Assembly (NCBI GenBank): GCA_017992255.1 | Contig: JAGOPB010000001.1 | Span: forward strand, 1 to 53,226 | Source: Minisyncoccota bacterium | GTDB lineage: Bacteria; Patescibacteriota; Minisyncoccia; Phycocordibacterales; UBA9973 | Direction: 5' to 3' | Length of the DNA: 53,226 nucleotides | Shown: one piece after another, positions 27,708 through 36,430 of the stretch | Numbering within the stretch: position 1 is the stretch's first letter | How the letters are laid out: every line of letters starts with the position of its first letter | Translations under genes and position numbers: made by a program | Notes under the pieces: generated by a model | Seen by the model: only the letters and a program-made list of their open reading frames with translations | The model's database searches: none | What the model was told of the DNA's origin: nothing

Positions 27708-27923
27708 TTAAAATAAATTTGAATAAAATATGTCCTCACGATATATTATTATGTTTTTTATTTCATCAATTTTTTTATTCCGAATAATCTTGTTTATTCG
27801 TAAATATTTTTTTACCGCAACTTCAAATCCATTGGATATGAAATTTGCAATTTGTTCTGGTTTTAATGTTTTTTCAAAAATTGCCTCTGTAGCAATCCAG
27901 AAATTTGTTTCATTTATATTCAT
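27708..27923 (-). CDS. Hypothetical small protein downstream of the Y-family polymerase gene
   Basis: 71-aa ATG ORF in a very AT-rich stretch. It reads more like a protein than the antisense 27730..27945 ORF. No family recognised. Confidence 0.3.
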   Translation of the reverse strand: MNINETNFWIATEAIFEKTLKPEQIANFISNGFEVAVKKYLRINKIIRNKKIDEIKNIIIYREDIFYSNLF

Positions 27924-27981
27924 ATTTATTTTTTCAAAAATTTGAAATAAATATCAACATGCTATTTTAAAATGTCAATCT

Positions 27982-29202
27982 TTACACCACTTCGCCTAGA
28001 TACGGTACGGATATCATTTTCTCTTTTTTTTCAATTTTTGTGTTCTTTTTTTGGTAGCTTTTTACTGCGTTCATACTGGACGCCAAAACAATTGCGTATT
28101 CACCATACTTATTCGTAACTTCGTCTATACTGCTGTATAGTTCATTTTTCATAAATAAGTTGTCAAAAAGAGACTGAGTCATGTTTTTTCGTGATATCAA
28201 ACCGAGACACGATACTCCTGTTTTTTTATATATTTTATTTTCCACAAATATCGAATCAAAATACTTTCTTGCTTGAGAAACTATTTCATGTGTGAAATTT
28301 GTAAAATCTCGTAGTTCTACATCTATTGGATATACCCTCAGTTCATTGTCTTTAATAAATATTGAAATTTTTTTTGTATATAAACTCATACGACGAAGTC
28401 GTGCACAAGATATTTCGATATTTCTAGCTAGATGTGAAAACACATATTCTCTATCACAAGAATTTCTCGGAAATGTACGAGTCGATTGTATAGACTTCAT
28501 AGCCATATACTCTGTGCATACTCCTAAAATTGATACTCCTCGTAGTTCGTGCCAAAGCGTCTGATACGGTAATGAAAAATTTCTTTTTACCCATTCTTCT
28601 TCTTTATGTATAAATATAATAGCAGTTGTAACGCCTACACTACAAAACTTCTCTGACATACTTTTTCCTATGCCCCATACATCTCCAATAGGTAGATCTA
28701 CTAAAAAATCTTTTATATCTGTGTGTCTCATGGCGGTAAAACCATCTGGTTTTCGGTTTTTCGATGCCACCTTTGCCAACACTTTTGTTGGAGCAAGTCC
28801 TAAAGAAAAAGTGAGACCCAGCTCATCTTTCAATGCCTGTTTTAGATTTCTTGCACATTCTATTTGCATCTCCCACGTGTCTATATGACTTACATCTACA
28901 AAGCATTCATCTATACTATAGTCCTCTACAATATCAGAATATCTATTTGCTATTTGTTGCATACGAGAATTGTATTGTTTGTATAAACCAAAATTTGAAG
29001 GAAGTATTATAACGTGTGGAAAATCTTTTTTAATTTTAAAAATAGGCATACCTCGAGTTATGCCTATTTTTTTTGCTTCTATATTCATCGAGCTGGCTAT
29101 CCCCCGTTCAGCACCTGTTATAACCGGTTTTCCCCGTAAGTCAGGCCGTGACAAAACCTCGCATGAAACAAAAAATGAATCTCCGTCTATGTGAATAATC
29201 AT
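27982..29202 (-). CDS. Y-family DNA polymerase (DinB/UmuC-like)
   Basis: MIIHIDGDSFFVSCEVLSRPDLRGKPVITG catalytic N-terminus, SIDECFVD, and an HhH/little-finger region. I prefer the start at Met22 of the ORF-track translation. Confidence 0.9.
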   Translation of the reverse strand: MIIHIDGDSFFVSCEVLSRPDLRGKPVITGAERGIASSMNIEAKKIGITRGMPIFKIKKDFPHVIILPSNFGLYKQYNSRMQQIANRYSDIVEDYSIDECFVDVSHIDTWEMQIECARNLKQALKDELGLTFSLGLAPTKVLAKVASKNRKPDGFTAMRHTDIKDFLVDLPIGDVWGIGKSMSEKFCSVGVTTAIIFIHKEEEWVKRNFSLPYQTLWHELRGVSILGVCTEYMAMKSIQSTRTFPRNSCDREYVFSHLARNIEISCARLRRMSLYTKKISIFIKDNELRVYPIDVELRDFTNFTHEIVSQARKYFDSIFVENKIYKKTGVSCLGLISRKNMTQSLFDNLFMKNELYSSIDEVTNKYGEYAIVLASSMNAVKSYQKKNTKIEKKEKMISVPYLGEVV

Positions 29203-29273
29203 AGTAAAAGTATAAAATGCAAATATGTCGTATATAATGTAGCTACAAGACACTACAGGATACAAGACACTTT

Positions 29274-29843
29274 CTAATATTTTCTAACAACACCTCTAAC
29301 AACAGCAACTATAGAAAGCTCTCCTTCTGGATATATAGGTGACATAGTTTTGTTTGCTGGCTCTAGAAAATATTGTTTACTTTTATCTCTTCTTAGATAT
29401 TTCATAGTATATCCTCCGTCTATCTCAGCTATAACTATCTCGCCAACTTTTGATTCACAAGCTCTCTCTGCGATAACATAGTCGCCTTCTTGAATTCCTG
29501 CATCGATCATAGAATCACCTTTCACTCTCAACATATAACTAGACTCTTTATTTTCAACAAGAAAATCGTCAAGTGATACTGTATCTATGTCAGACTCTTC
29601 TGCTGGTGTAGGAAACCCTGCTTCTACTATACCGAGTACACGAACACGATAAAAAAGTGGTCCAGGTACTATATGTCGTGTGCTATCTTTTTCTACAAAT
29701 CCGTCATCACTCCACCGAGCAACAAGTTTGGCAACAGCGTTTTTAGAAGCAAACCCACAGAGTCGTGCCATTTCTGTATATGTCGGCATACGACGATGTT
29801 TCTTGTAAAATTGTATTATTTTTTTTTGTTTTGGATCTACCAC
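29274..29843 (-). CDS. lexA: LexA-type repressor (wHTH plus S24 peptidase)
   Basis: wHTH (MPTYTEMARLCGFASKNAVAKLVARWSDDGFVEK), an Ala-Gly cleavage context (GIVEAGFPTP), GDSM serine and TMKYL lysine. I prefer the GTG at 29843 because a LexA-box palindrome sits at 29857-29872. The ATG alternative is 29894. Confidence 0.88.
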   Translation of the reverse strand: MVDPKQKKIIQFYKKHRRMPTYTEMARLCGFASKNAVAKLVARWSDDGFVEKDSTRHIVPGPLFYRVRVLGIVEAGFPTPAEESDIDTVSLDDFLVENKESSYMLRVKGDSMIDAGIQEGDYVIAERACESKVGEIVIAEIDGGYTMKYLRRDKSKQYFLEPANKTMSPIYPEGELSIVAVVRGVVRKY

Positions 29844-29856
29844 ACATACAGTATAA

Positions 29857-29872
29857 GTGAACAATCGTTCAC
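29857..29872 (-). promoter_or_regulatory. Cheo-type LexA (SOS) box
   Basis: Perfect inverted repeat GTGAAC-AATC-GTTCAC. It contains the GAAC-N4-GTTC core of Gram-positive-type LexA operators and lies at the 5' edge of lexA. Confidence 0.65.
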
Positions 29873-29932
29873 CTGCAAGTAGGTGCGTGTGCATAACCTA
29901 TTTGGCGGGGTAGTATATGTGTTTACAACACA

Positions 29933-30499
29933 CTATTCCTCTTTAGCGTATACAAAAACTGGTGTACGGGTAATTGTGAACTTCACTTCCCCACCTTCTA
30001 CTTGATAGCCACGCACGAGTGGCTGTATTTCACTTTTTTGTATGACTCGTTCAGTGAGCACTATACCCTCTTGCTGGCCTGGAATGGGGAGAGCAACTGT
30101 TATATCGTCACCTACTAAAAGAGCGGTACTACCATCATCGTACCACGCTACCCATGTGGAGTTTTTGTTATCAGCATAGTCGAGTCTGTATACAAATACA
30201 TTTGGATCACTTGGAATCTGAACAACAGTAGAGACATCTGTCATGTGTGTGAGTATTTGTGCATTTGCCAAGTCTGTCCATTGTTCATTTCCATCTTCAG
30301 ACGTCATTGGATCCACGAGAAGAGGTCCAGCCGTATAGGAAACCAATTCTGATCGAATATGTAAACTAGCTGAATCTATCTCAACAACAGATTCTACACG
30401 GCTAGCTCTGTGTGCGAAAATAATCGCATACACCACAAAGTACAATGCCACGATGCAGGCAAGTGCTGTCCATATTTTTCTTACGTGTTTATAGCTCAT
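29933..30499 (-). CDS. Hypothetical membrane-anchored protein
   Basis: I prefer the ATG at 30499 (MSYKHVRKIWTALACIVALYFVVYAIIFA), followed by a soluble beta-rich domain. No family recognised. Confidence 0.65.
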   Translation of the reverse strand: MSYKHVRKIWTALACIVALYFVVYAIIFAHRASRVESVVEIDSASLHIRSELVSYTAGPLLVDPMTSEDGNEQWTDLANAQILTHMTDVSTVVQIPSDPNVFVYRLDYADNKNSTWVAWYDDGSTALLVGDDITVALPIPGQQEGIVLTERVIQKSEIQPLVRGYQVEGGEVKFTITRTPVFVYAKEE

Positions 30500-30624
30500 A
30501 ATAAAAGTGTACCACATTTGCAAATATGCAACACCTCTAACTGTGTATACCAAATAAAGATATTTATATATTTTAAAATTCATTGATTTTTAACCAAAAA
30601 ATGATATATTTCTATTGTTCAAAT

Positions 30625-30699
30625 GGCCCTATCGTCTAACGGTTAGGACGGATCCTTCTCAAGGATTAAATCAGAGTTCGATTCTCTGTAGGGTCACCA
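30625..30699 (+). tRNA. tRNA-Glu (anticodon CTC)
   Basis: Hand-folded cloverleaf. Acceptor GGCCCTA/TAGGGTC, D-arm GTCT-AACGGTTA-GGAC, anticodon arm GATCC-TTCTCAA-GGATT, T-arm CAGAG-TTCGATT-CTCTG, discriminator A, encoded CCA. Confidence 0.9.
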
Positions 30700-31052
30700 A
30701 GAGAGACATTCGCGAAATTAGAAATAGGGAGCGGATTTTTGGAACAAAAATCCGCACTGTGTGTCCCGCTTCCGCCCTTTGCGGAAGCGACAAAATCCCA
30801 AAGTTCCCCCCAGTGTATGGAAACCGTTTTGTCCTTGATTTCAGGGTTAGAGCCGATTTTTTGGAAAAACTGCTTCCATTCCAAATAATTTTCGGTTTTT
30901 TCCAAATCGGCGCATTCTTTCAAGGACAAAACGAAACTCCGCAAGTCGTGCTTGCTACAGTGGGTAGATTGACACACACCAGGGTTTTCGGATACTCCAC
31001 CACACTCCCCTAAACAGACGTAATGTTTTTGTTTGTTTGTATATTCTTCCAT
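30666..31052 (-). CDS. Cys-rich (zinc-ribbon-like) small protein ORF of uncertain 3' extent
   Basis: ATG at 31052. The N-terminus HYVCLGECGGVSENPGVCQSTHCSKH looks like a metal-binding knuckle. The ORF then runs through three strong hairpins and 34 nt into tRNA-Glu. Confidence 0.3.
   Translation of the reverse strand: MEEYTNKQKHYVCLGECGGVSENPGVCQSTHCSKHDLRSFVLSLKECADLEKTENYLEWKQFFQKIGSNPEIKDKTVSIHWGELWDFVASAKGGSGTHSADFCSKNPLPISNFANVSLGDPTENRTLI
30731..30789. other. Two adjacent perfect hairpins
   Basis: GCGGATTTTT-GGAAC-AAAAATCCGC (30731-30755, 10 bp) and CGCTTCCGC-CCTTT-GCGGAAGCG (30767-30789, 9 bp). Confidence 0.8.
30852..30911. other. Long imperfect hairpin
   Basis: GCCGATTT(ttt)GGAAAAA at 30852-30869 pairs with TTTTTCCAAATCGGC at 30897-30911. 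That gives 15 bp with a 3-nt bulge and a 27-nt loop. Confidence 0.6.
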
Positions 31053-31130
31053 ATTCAAAGTATATCACAAGAGATACATGTTACGTATAGATATTGACTT
31101 ATAAATCTGTATGTGTTATAAACATTTTCA

Positions 31131-32012
31131 ATGAGGTTCTTTACTATATTGGTGATTGTTACAAGCGTATTGACTGCTTGTAACCATGAAGCACACCAGG
31201 ATGTGCTTTCGCCACAGACGCAGGGTTTTCAAGATTCCCTAAAAATACTTTGCGAATCCTTACCGACAGCATCGGTACTATCGGATACCACGAAGTACAA
31301 TGAAAATTTCAATGCCGGAAATATTCCGCAAGGAATAATATTTACAGCAATTACTACGAATAATCAATTCGTTAGTTACGAAAAATTTTTGGAAGGAGAA
31401 ATGAATGCCTCCGCACTTTGCGACCTGGTTGCCAACGGTATGAGTCACGCAAACATGGTGTTTGCAGAAAAGCATGATATACAAAGTAAGTTTACTGCTT
31501 TTCACATATTTGATCCGATCAAAGAGCAAATAGCACAGTATGGTTGGCTCAGGAATTCACGTGACATCGTTTCTGCCACAGTAACGACAAACGATATACC
31601 AAACGGTACTATCTACCCTAGTTGCTTATCATATTCTCCCAATCATGATTCGGTTTTCCTAATAGGATGGCGTATTTTTCCAGATAAAGTGGTGCATATA
31701 GAAATTTCCGGTATTGCTATTGCCTTTCCTGAGTTTATTAAAACGGCTTTAGTTCCTGGTAATAAAAATGGGCTTGCTACACTTACTGATAATGGTAACT
31801 TTTCAGGAAGTTACATTATGAAAATTCCGTATGTATACACAAAATTTGTTTTAGGTCTTTCTGGATCAGGAGTATATACAAAAAATAATGGTGTACTGAA
31901 CCTTATTGGTATACAAACCAACAGATTGATTTTTCTAGAACAAAATAGTATGGAAAATGAAAAAACGCAAGAAACCATCGGAACGGTCATTGTGTTTCAA
32001 CCTGTTTTATAG
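31131..32012 (+). CDS. Putative lipoprotein, possible trypsin-fold serine peptidase
   Basis: 293 aa with a signal peptide and lipobox (VLTAC). The C-terminal GLSGSGVYTKNNGVLNLIGIQTN resembles the GxSGSxV active-site block of S1-type peptidases. Confidence 0.7.
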   Translation: MRFFTILVIVTSVLTACNHEAHQDVLSPQTQGFQDSLKILCESLPTASVLSDTTKYNENFNAGNIPQGIIFTAITTNNQFVSYEKFLEGEMNASALCDLVANGMSHANMVFAEKHDIQSKFTAFHIFDPIKEQIAQYGWLRNSRDIVSATVTTNDIPNGTIYPSCLSYSPNHDSVFLIGWRIFPDKVVHIEISGIAIAFPEFIKTALVPGNKNGLATLTDNGNFSGSYIMKIPYVYTKFVLGLSGSGVYTKNNGVLNLIGIQTNRLIFLEQNSMENEKTQETIGTVIVFQPVL

Positions 32013-32030
32013 AGAAAAATTTCCCAATTT

Positions 32031-32065
32031 CCCAACACGCACTTTGCGGTTGGGTTTTTTTATTT
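32031..32065 (+). terminator. Rho-independent terminator
   Basis: CCCAACACGCA-CTT-TGCGGTTGGG followed by TTTTTTTATTTT. It lies 18 nt after the stop of the lipoprotein gene. Confidence 0.75.
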
Positions 32066-32066
32066 T

Positions 32067-32972
32067 ATGTTTACTCTAAAGCGTACAGCATGGTATACTT
32101 TTCTAACTTATATGTCATTTCAATTTTTTGCATGGCTGTCCTCTATCTCCTCTGGGATAAGCATCCTCTCCACTAAAATCACTTCCAAACACCTTATCAA
32201 AAACCCGTGGCATTTCAACTTTCTGATGATGGCATCTATCAGTGTCGTTACAATATGCGTTTCTATATACAGTGGGGCACACTTTCCTGCTTTTCTTGTA
32301 CCGGTTGTACTCGCGGGTATCACCTCAGGACTCATATCTGTCGCATTTGTTTTTTCAATATATCATTTAGATATTAGTGTGCTTGCGCCACTTTTTTCTT
32401 TTCGAACTTTTTTTGGGCTGATTTTTGGGACAGTGTTACTACATGAAGTTATAAGTCGTCAGGATATTTTTTTTATACTTATTATTTTTGTTGCTGGTTT
32501 TTTTGTAACTTTTGATCAAAAATTGAAACTACGATCTTTTTTTCAAAAAGGAATATTGTATGCCTTATGCATGACTGCAGGACTTGGAATATTTGGTGTG
32601 TTTGTACAGATTGCAATTCGAGAAAACGGTTTTTGGACTGCAAGTTGTGGTATCAGTATAGTGGCACTCATAACAATACTACCTACATTATTGCTGACAA
32701 AAGAACCTTTACGAATAACACGCATGACTCTGTATGCAATAACAGTTATCACACTTTTTGATACAATTTCGCGACTTGCTTCCCAAAAAGCATATGCAGA
32801 AAATTATACAATTTCCCAAGCAATAGTATCATTGCCTATCTCTATGTTTTTTGTATTTATTCTTTCACAAATAAAGCCACAATTTTTAGAATCTCATCCT
32901 TTGTCTGTGTACCTTGTGCGTTTCATAGCAGGAAGTTCGATGATATATGCAGCTATACAATTGTCATTGTAA
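32067..32972 (+). CDS. DMT/EamA-like permease
   Basis: 301 aa with about 10 TM segments in a two-halves arrangement typical of drug/metabolite transporters. The start may be an internal Met. Confidence 0.6.
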   Translation: MFTLKRTAWYTFLTYMSFQFFAWLSSISSGISILSTKITSKHLIKNPWHFNFLMMASISVVTICVSIYSGAHFPAFLVPVVLAGITSGLISVAFVFSIYHLDISVLAPLFSFRTFFGLIFGTVLLHEVISRQDIFFILIIFVAGFFVTFDQKLKLRSFFQKGILYALCMTAGLGIFGVFVQIAIRENGFWTASCGISIVALITILPTLLLTKEPLRITRMTLYAITVITLFDTISRLASQKAYAENYTISQAIVSLPISMFFVFILSQIKPQFLESHPLSVYLVRFIAGSSMIYAAIQLSL

Positions 32973-33009
32973 AGAGGTATTTCTTTTTAAAGAAAATATA
33001 TTGCATCAA

Positions 33010-34338
33010 CTATTTATTTCTTTTTAACCACTCCGCGTCATGACGAGGCAACAATTTTTCTGCATCTTCTGGATGCGCCATAATACCTGCTACAATTCGT
33101 TCCATGCGAACACCTTGTGATCCTTTTACTAACACAATATCATAATCAGCCAAGATGTCCGAAAGTGGTTCTATTACCTGTCTTGAATCTCGGAAATATT
33201 GAACTCTGTCTGCAGGATACCCATTCTCTATGGCGCTTTTACCAATACCTTCGGCTCGAGGTCCTACTACATACAGTAGATGAATATTTTTTATTTCTGC
33301 AATAAGGATGCCTATTTTTGAGTGCTCTTCCTGAGTGTGTTTTCCCAATTCAAGCATGTCACCCAACACAGCGATGCGTCTTCCTTTGGTTTTTACACTT
33401 GAAAGCACTTGAAGCGCTGAGTGTACAGAGATCGGTGCTGCGTTGTATGAATCATCGATAACCACACAACCTTCTTGACCTTCTATAAGTCGCATACGTC
33501 CTGGTTGAAACATCTGTGATGTATCGTCAAACACACTGAGAGCCGACACAATATTCATATCTAATGCATACAAAACAGCACAAGCTGCTAGTGGTGCCGT
33601 GACGTGTCCTGCACCTATTGCACCGAACAATGATATAGGCAAGCTACTGCCACCTACATCAACCCGCATGGTCATACCCAAAGGCACTTCCATCCCTGTT
33701 TTTCTTTTACCGTATACTATCTGCACATGTGATCCTCGAACTTGTGAGCCGTCCAAAAAACCATACGTTACTATTCTAGCAGGTGATGGTGTACGCTGTA
33801 GCAACAGTGGTACTTTTTCATCATCATGGTTCAGTATCAGCACACCGTCCGGTTTAAGTGTTTGTATCAAAGAAAACTCTTCAACAGACACTGCGTCTTT
33901 GTCTTCAAAATATTCTACATGAACAGGAGTATCGCCAAAAAGTGTTGTTACCACTACATCAGTTTTCAGCCAACCAGCTGTTTTTTTCATATCTCCCGGT
34001 TTTCCAATTCCAACCTCAAGTACAAGCCAGTCTGGATAATCATGATTAAACACGAGCAGTCCAATACCATGAAAAATATTTTTTATCCATCCGCCGATAT
34101 TTCCCCACGCATTAGTGCAACCTAAAATAGTTATAGCGAGACCAATTTCAGAATTTTGGCTTTTTTTACTTTTCCATACATGTGCTTGGGTACCAAGCAT
34201 GCCTGCTATTGCATCTTTTGTGGAAGTCTTTCCAACGCTCCCAGTTACAGCGACAATACGTGGCTTATACTTTCTAAGCACAAGCCGTGAAAGCACTTGT
34301 AGTATGTGGATTATGATTTTCCGAATAATAGGATGCAT
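33010..34338 (-). CDS. murF: UDP-N-acetylmuramoyl-tripeptide--D-alanyl-D-alanine ligase
   Basis: 442 aa with Mur ligase P-loop VTGSVGKTSTKDAI and DDSYNA. It occupies the position after ftsI in the dcw cluster. Confidence 0.9.
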   Translation of the reverse strand: MHPIIRKIIIHILQVLSRLVLRKYKPRIVAVTGSVGKTSTKDAIAGMLGTQAHVWKSKKSQNSEIGLAITILGCTNAWGNIGGWIKNIFHGIGLLVFNHDYPDWLVLEVGIGKPGDMKKTAGWLKTDVVVTTLFGDTPVHVEYFEDKDAVSVEEFSLIQTLKPDGVLILNHDDEKVPLLLQRTPSPARIVTYGFLDGSQVRGSHVQIVYGKRKTGMEVPLGMTMRVDVGGSSLPISLFGAIGAGHVTAPLAACAVLYALDMNIVSALSVFDDTSQMFQPGRMRLIEGQEGCVVIDDSYNAAPISVHSALQVLSSVKTKGRRIAVLGDMLELGKHTQEEHSKIGILIAEIKNIHLLYVVGPRAEGIGKSAIENGYPADRVQYFRDSRQVIEPLSDILADYDIVLVKGSQGVRMERIVAGIMAHPEDAEKLLPRHDAEWLKRNK

Positions 34339-34371
34339 ATATTCTCTATGTACGATTATACCATATAAACC

Positions 34372-36090
34372 TTAGCGATCGGGTGGTATATCAAAATACG
34401 ATATAAGAAATTTTGCTGTGTCCATAAACGGTTGCAACAAAGTTTGAGAAGAGTATTTTACATTTTTTGGATTGTAGTTGTAGAAAAATACTATATACCG
34501 AGGATTATATGCTGGAAAATATCCAAAAAATGTATGTAGATGTTTGTCTACATAATATCCCCCATTTTCTTTATTTGGTATTTGTGCAGTACCTGTTTTT
34601 GCTCCCACACTATAGTGTACCAATTTATACTTCCCTTCTCCGTAATATTCATCGACATTTTTTACCAACATCGAAGTTATTGTTTCAGACGTTTGTTGCG
34701 AGATAACTTGTGCACCTCGCTCGTATATCATATCTTCTCGGCTTCGAGTCACGTTGTCTTTGATAACAGACGAAACAACATGAGGTGTGACTAGATACCC
34801 ACCATTACCTAACGTTGCAAATGCACGTACTGCTGTGATAGGAGTAATAGCAACACCTTGTCCAAAAGCAGCTGTTGCGTATTCTAATTTTCTGTTTTTT
34901 ACTTCTAAATTTTCAACCAAGTTTCTACTTTCGTTTGGCAAATCAATTCCTGTCTTTGTATTAAATCCAAAAGAATATAGATATTTTCGCAGGTTTTCAC
35001 TTCCCATTTTATCTGCAACAAAAACCATTCCTGTGTTTAGTGATTCTCCTAGCACATCTTGCATTGTTACTTGTCCACGCCCCTTTTTATCAAAATTATA
35101 TATTTCTTTTTTTTCTACCACAATAGATCCAGAATCAAAATAAGGTGTTGTTGGTACAATAACTCCTAGATCTATTGCGCCCGCCATTACCAGTGGCTTG
35201 ATAACAGAACCCATTTCATATACATTTTCTGTTAACGAATTTGTAAATATACTGATATCTGACACTGTTTCATAATTATTTGGATCAAACACGGGAGTAT
35301 TCCCCATAGCTAGGATTGCACCAGTGTGTGGGTCCATGACTATCGCACCCACACCACTGGAGTTCCATGTTTTCTGTACGCTTTGTATCGTCTTTTCTAT
35401 TTGTGCTTGTACAACAGGGTCGATAGTCAAAACTATATCACCAGAAATTTTATTGTTATCTTTTTTTACCATATCAATCCGTGCAAAAATTTCTGCAAAA
35501 AAATTGATATATAACGCATCGTCACTTCGTGACAGCGTATCATTATAAAATTGTTCCACACCGTATCGTCCAGTCAAAGAATCTCCCTTGTAACCAACAA
35601 AACCTAGAATGTGAGAAGCTAATGTTCCACCTGGGTACAATCTCCATTTGTATCGTAATGTTGAAATACCAGGTATTGCTAAAGCATCTATCTTTTCTTT
35701 TGTATCGACAGAAAGTTTATTTGATAATTCTCTGTACGTTGTATTTTTACTTGCATGGTCGAGAAATGTCTGATGATTGAGTTCTACTATAGTTGATAAT
35801 TTCTCGTATGCGTCTTCTTTATCAACCAATTTCTTCGGATTCATGATTAACCGATAACCAGTAGTAACTGTTGCTGCAGATATGAGCGTGTTGTTCGTTG
35901 TTTTAAAAAAAATATTACCTCTGTTAAAAATATCATGATCGGTACTTATATATTGTCCTTCTGCTGTTTCTTGATATATTTCTCCTTGAACAATTTGCAA
36001 AAAAAATAATTTTAGACCACATAACAATGCAACAATCACTACCGCGAATGATAGTGAAAATATACGAAAACGTGAAGTATTAACGGACAT
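34372..36090 (-). CDS. ftsI: Penicillin-binding protein (FtsI-type transpeptidase)
   Basis: SxxK (GSVIKP), SxN (ESLNTG) and KTG (AKTGTA) motifs, plus an N-terminal TM. I prefer the start at MSVNTSRF (36090). Confidence 0.88.
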   Translation of the reverse strand: MSVNTSRFRIFSLSFAVVIVALLCGLKLFFLQIVQGEIYQETAEGQYISTDHDIFNRGNIFFKTTNNTLISAATVTTGYRLIMNPKKLVDKEDAYEKLSTIVELNHQTFLDHASKNTTYRELSNKLSVDTKEKIDALAIPGISTLRYKWRLYPGGTLASHILGFVGYKGDSLTGRYGVEQFYNDTLSRSDDALYINFFAEIFARIDMVKKDNNKISGDIVLTIDPVVQAQIEKTIQSVQKTWNSSGVGAIVMDPHTGAILAMGNTPVFDPNNYETVSDISIFTNSLTENVYEMGSVIKPLVMAGAIDLGVIVPTTPYFDSGSIVVEKKEIYNFDKKGRGQVTMQDVLGESLNTGMVFVADKMGSENLRKYLYSFGFNTKTGIDLPNESRNLVENLEVKNRKLEYATAAFGQGVAITPITAVRAFATLGNGGYLVTPHVVSSVIKDNVTRSREDMIYERGAQVISQQTSETITSMLVKNVDEYYGEGKYKLVHYSVGAKTGTAQIPNKENGGYYVDKHLHTFFGYFPAYNPRYIVFFYNYNPKNVKYSSQTLLQPFMDTAKFLISYFDIPPDR

Positions 36091-36430
36091 TATTTGGCAA
36101 TTCTTTGTAATCGAGCGCAAATGCCGACTCGTTTGCAAAGTATACATCCTGTAGCTCAATAAGACCATAGTCTTCTTGTGCTTGTTGCATACCGAGATCT
36201 TCTATAAGACTTAAATATTTTTCTTCTGTAACTGCATGATCACGTTTAAAATCATTTATTTGCGAAAGCGCTTGAGAACGAGCGAGAACATTGGAAAGAT
36301 TGACACCAAAAAATACAATATACAGCACAAGAAAACCGCTCAATGCCGGCAGTAAACATAAAAAACATTTTTCACGAAAATGTGAGTTGTATGTAAATTG
36401 ATTCTTTGTATTAGTTAAGTTTTTTTTCAT
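36080..36430 (-). CDS. ftsL: FtsL-like cell division protein
   Basis: Single TM (CLLPALSGFLVLYIVFFGV) followed by a short coiled coil, sitting between rsmH and ftsI. I prefer the start at MKKNLTNT (36430). Confidence 0.55.
   Translation of the reverse strand: MKKNLTNTKNQFTYNSHFREKCFLCLLPALSGFLVLYIVFFGVNLSNVLARSQALSQINDFKRDHAVTEEKYLSLIEDLGMQQAQEDYGLIELQDVYFANESAFALDYKELPNNVR

Noticed and set aside
30518-30531. Palindrome TTGCA-AATA-TGCAA upstream of the 29933-30499 gene as a possible operator.
   Set aside because: A 5+5 palindrome with a 4-nt spacer is expected dozens of times by chance in 53 kb of AT-rich DNA, and no cognate regulator is adjacent.
30615-31013. 132-codon plus-strand ORF starting upstream of, and reading through, tRNA-Glu.
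   Set aside because: It contains the entire tRNA gene within its 5' part and has no protein-like motifs. It most likely reflects a lack of stop codons in a structured segment. The region itself is kept as a finding.
30625-32066. Idea of a GC-rich genomic island or integrated mobile element at tRNA-Glu.
   Set aside because: Hand counts give about 46% GC for 30701-31000. However, a 100-nt sample of the neighbouring gene on the other side of the tRNA (30001-30100) is about 49%, and other genes range from 35% to 49%, so composition is not diagnostic. No integrase, recombinase or duplicated tRNA 3' end was seen.
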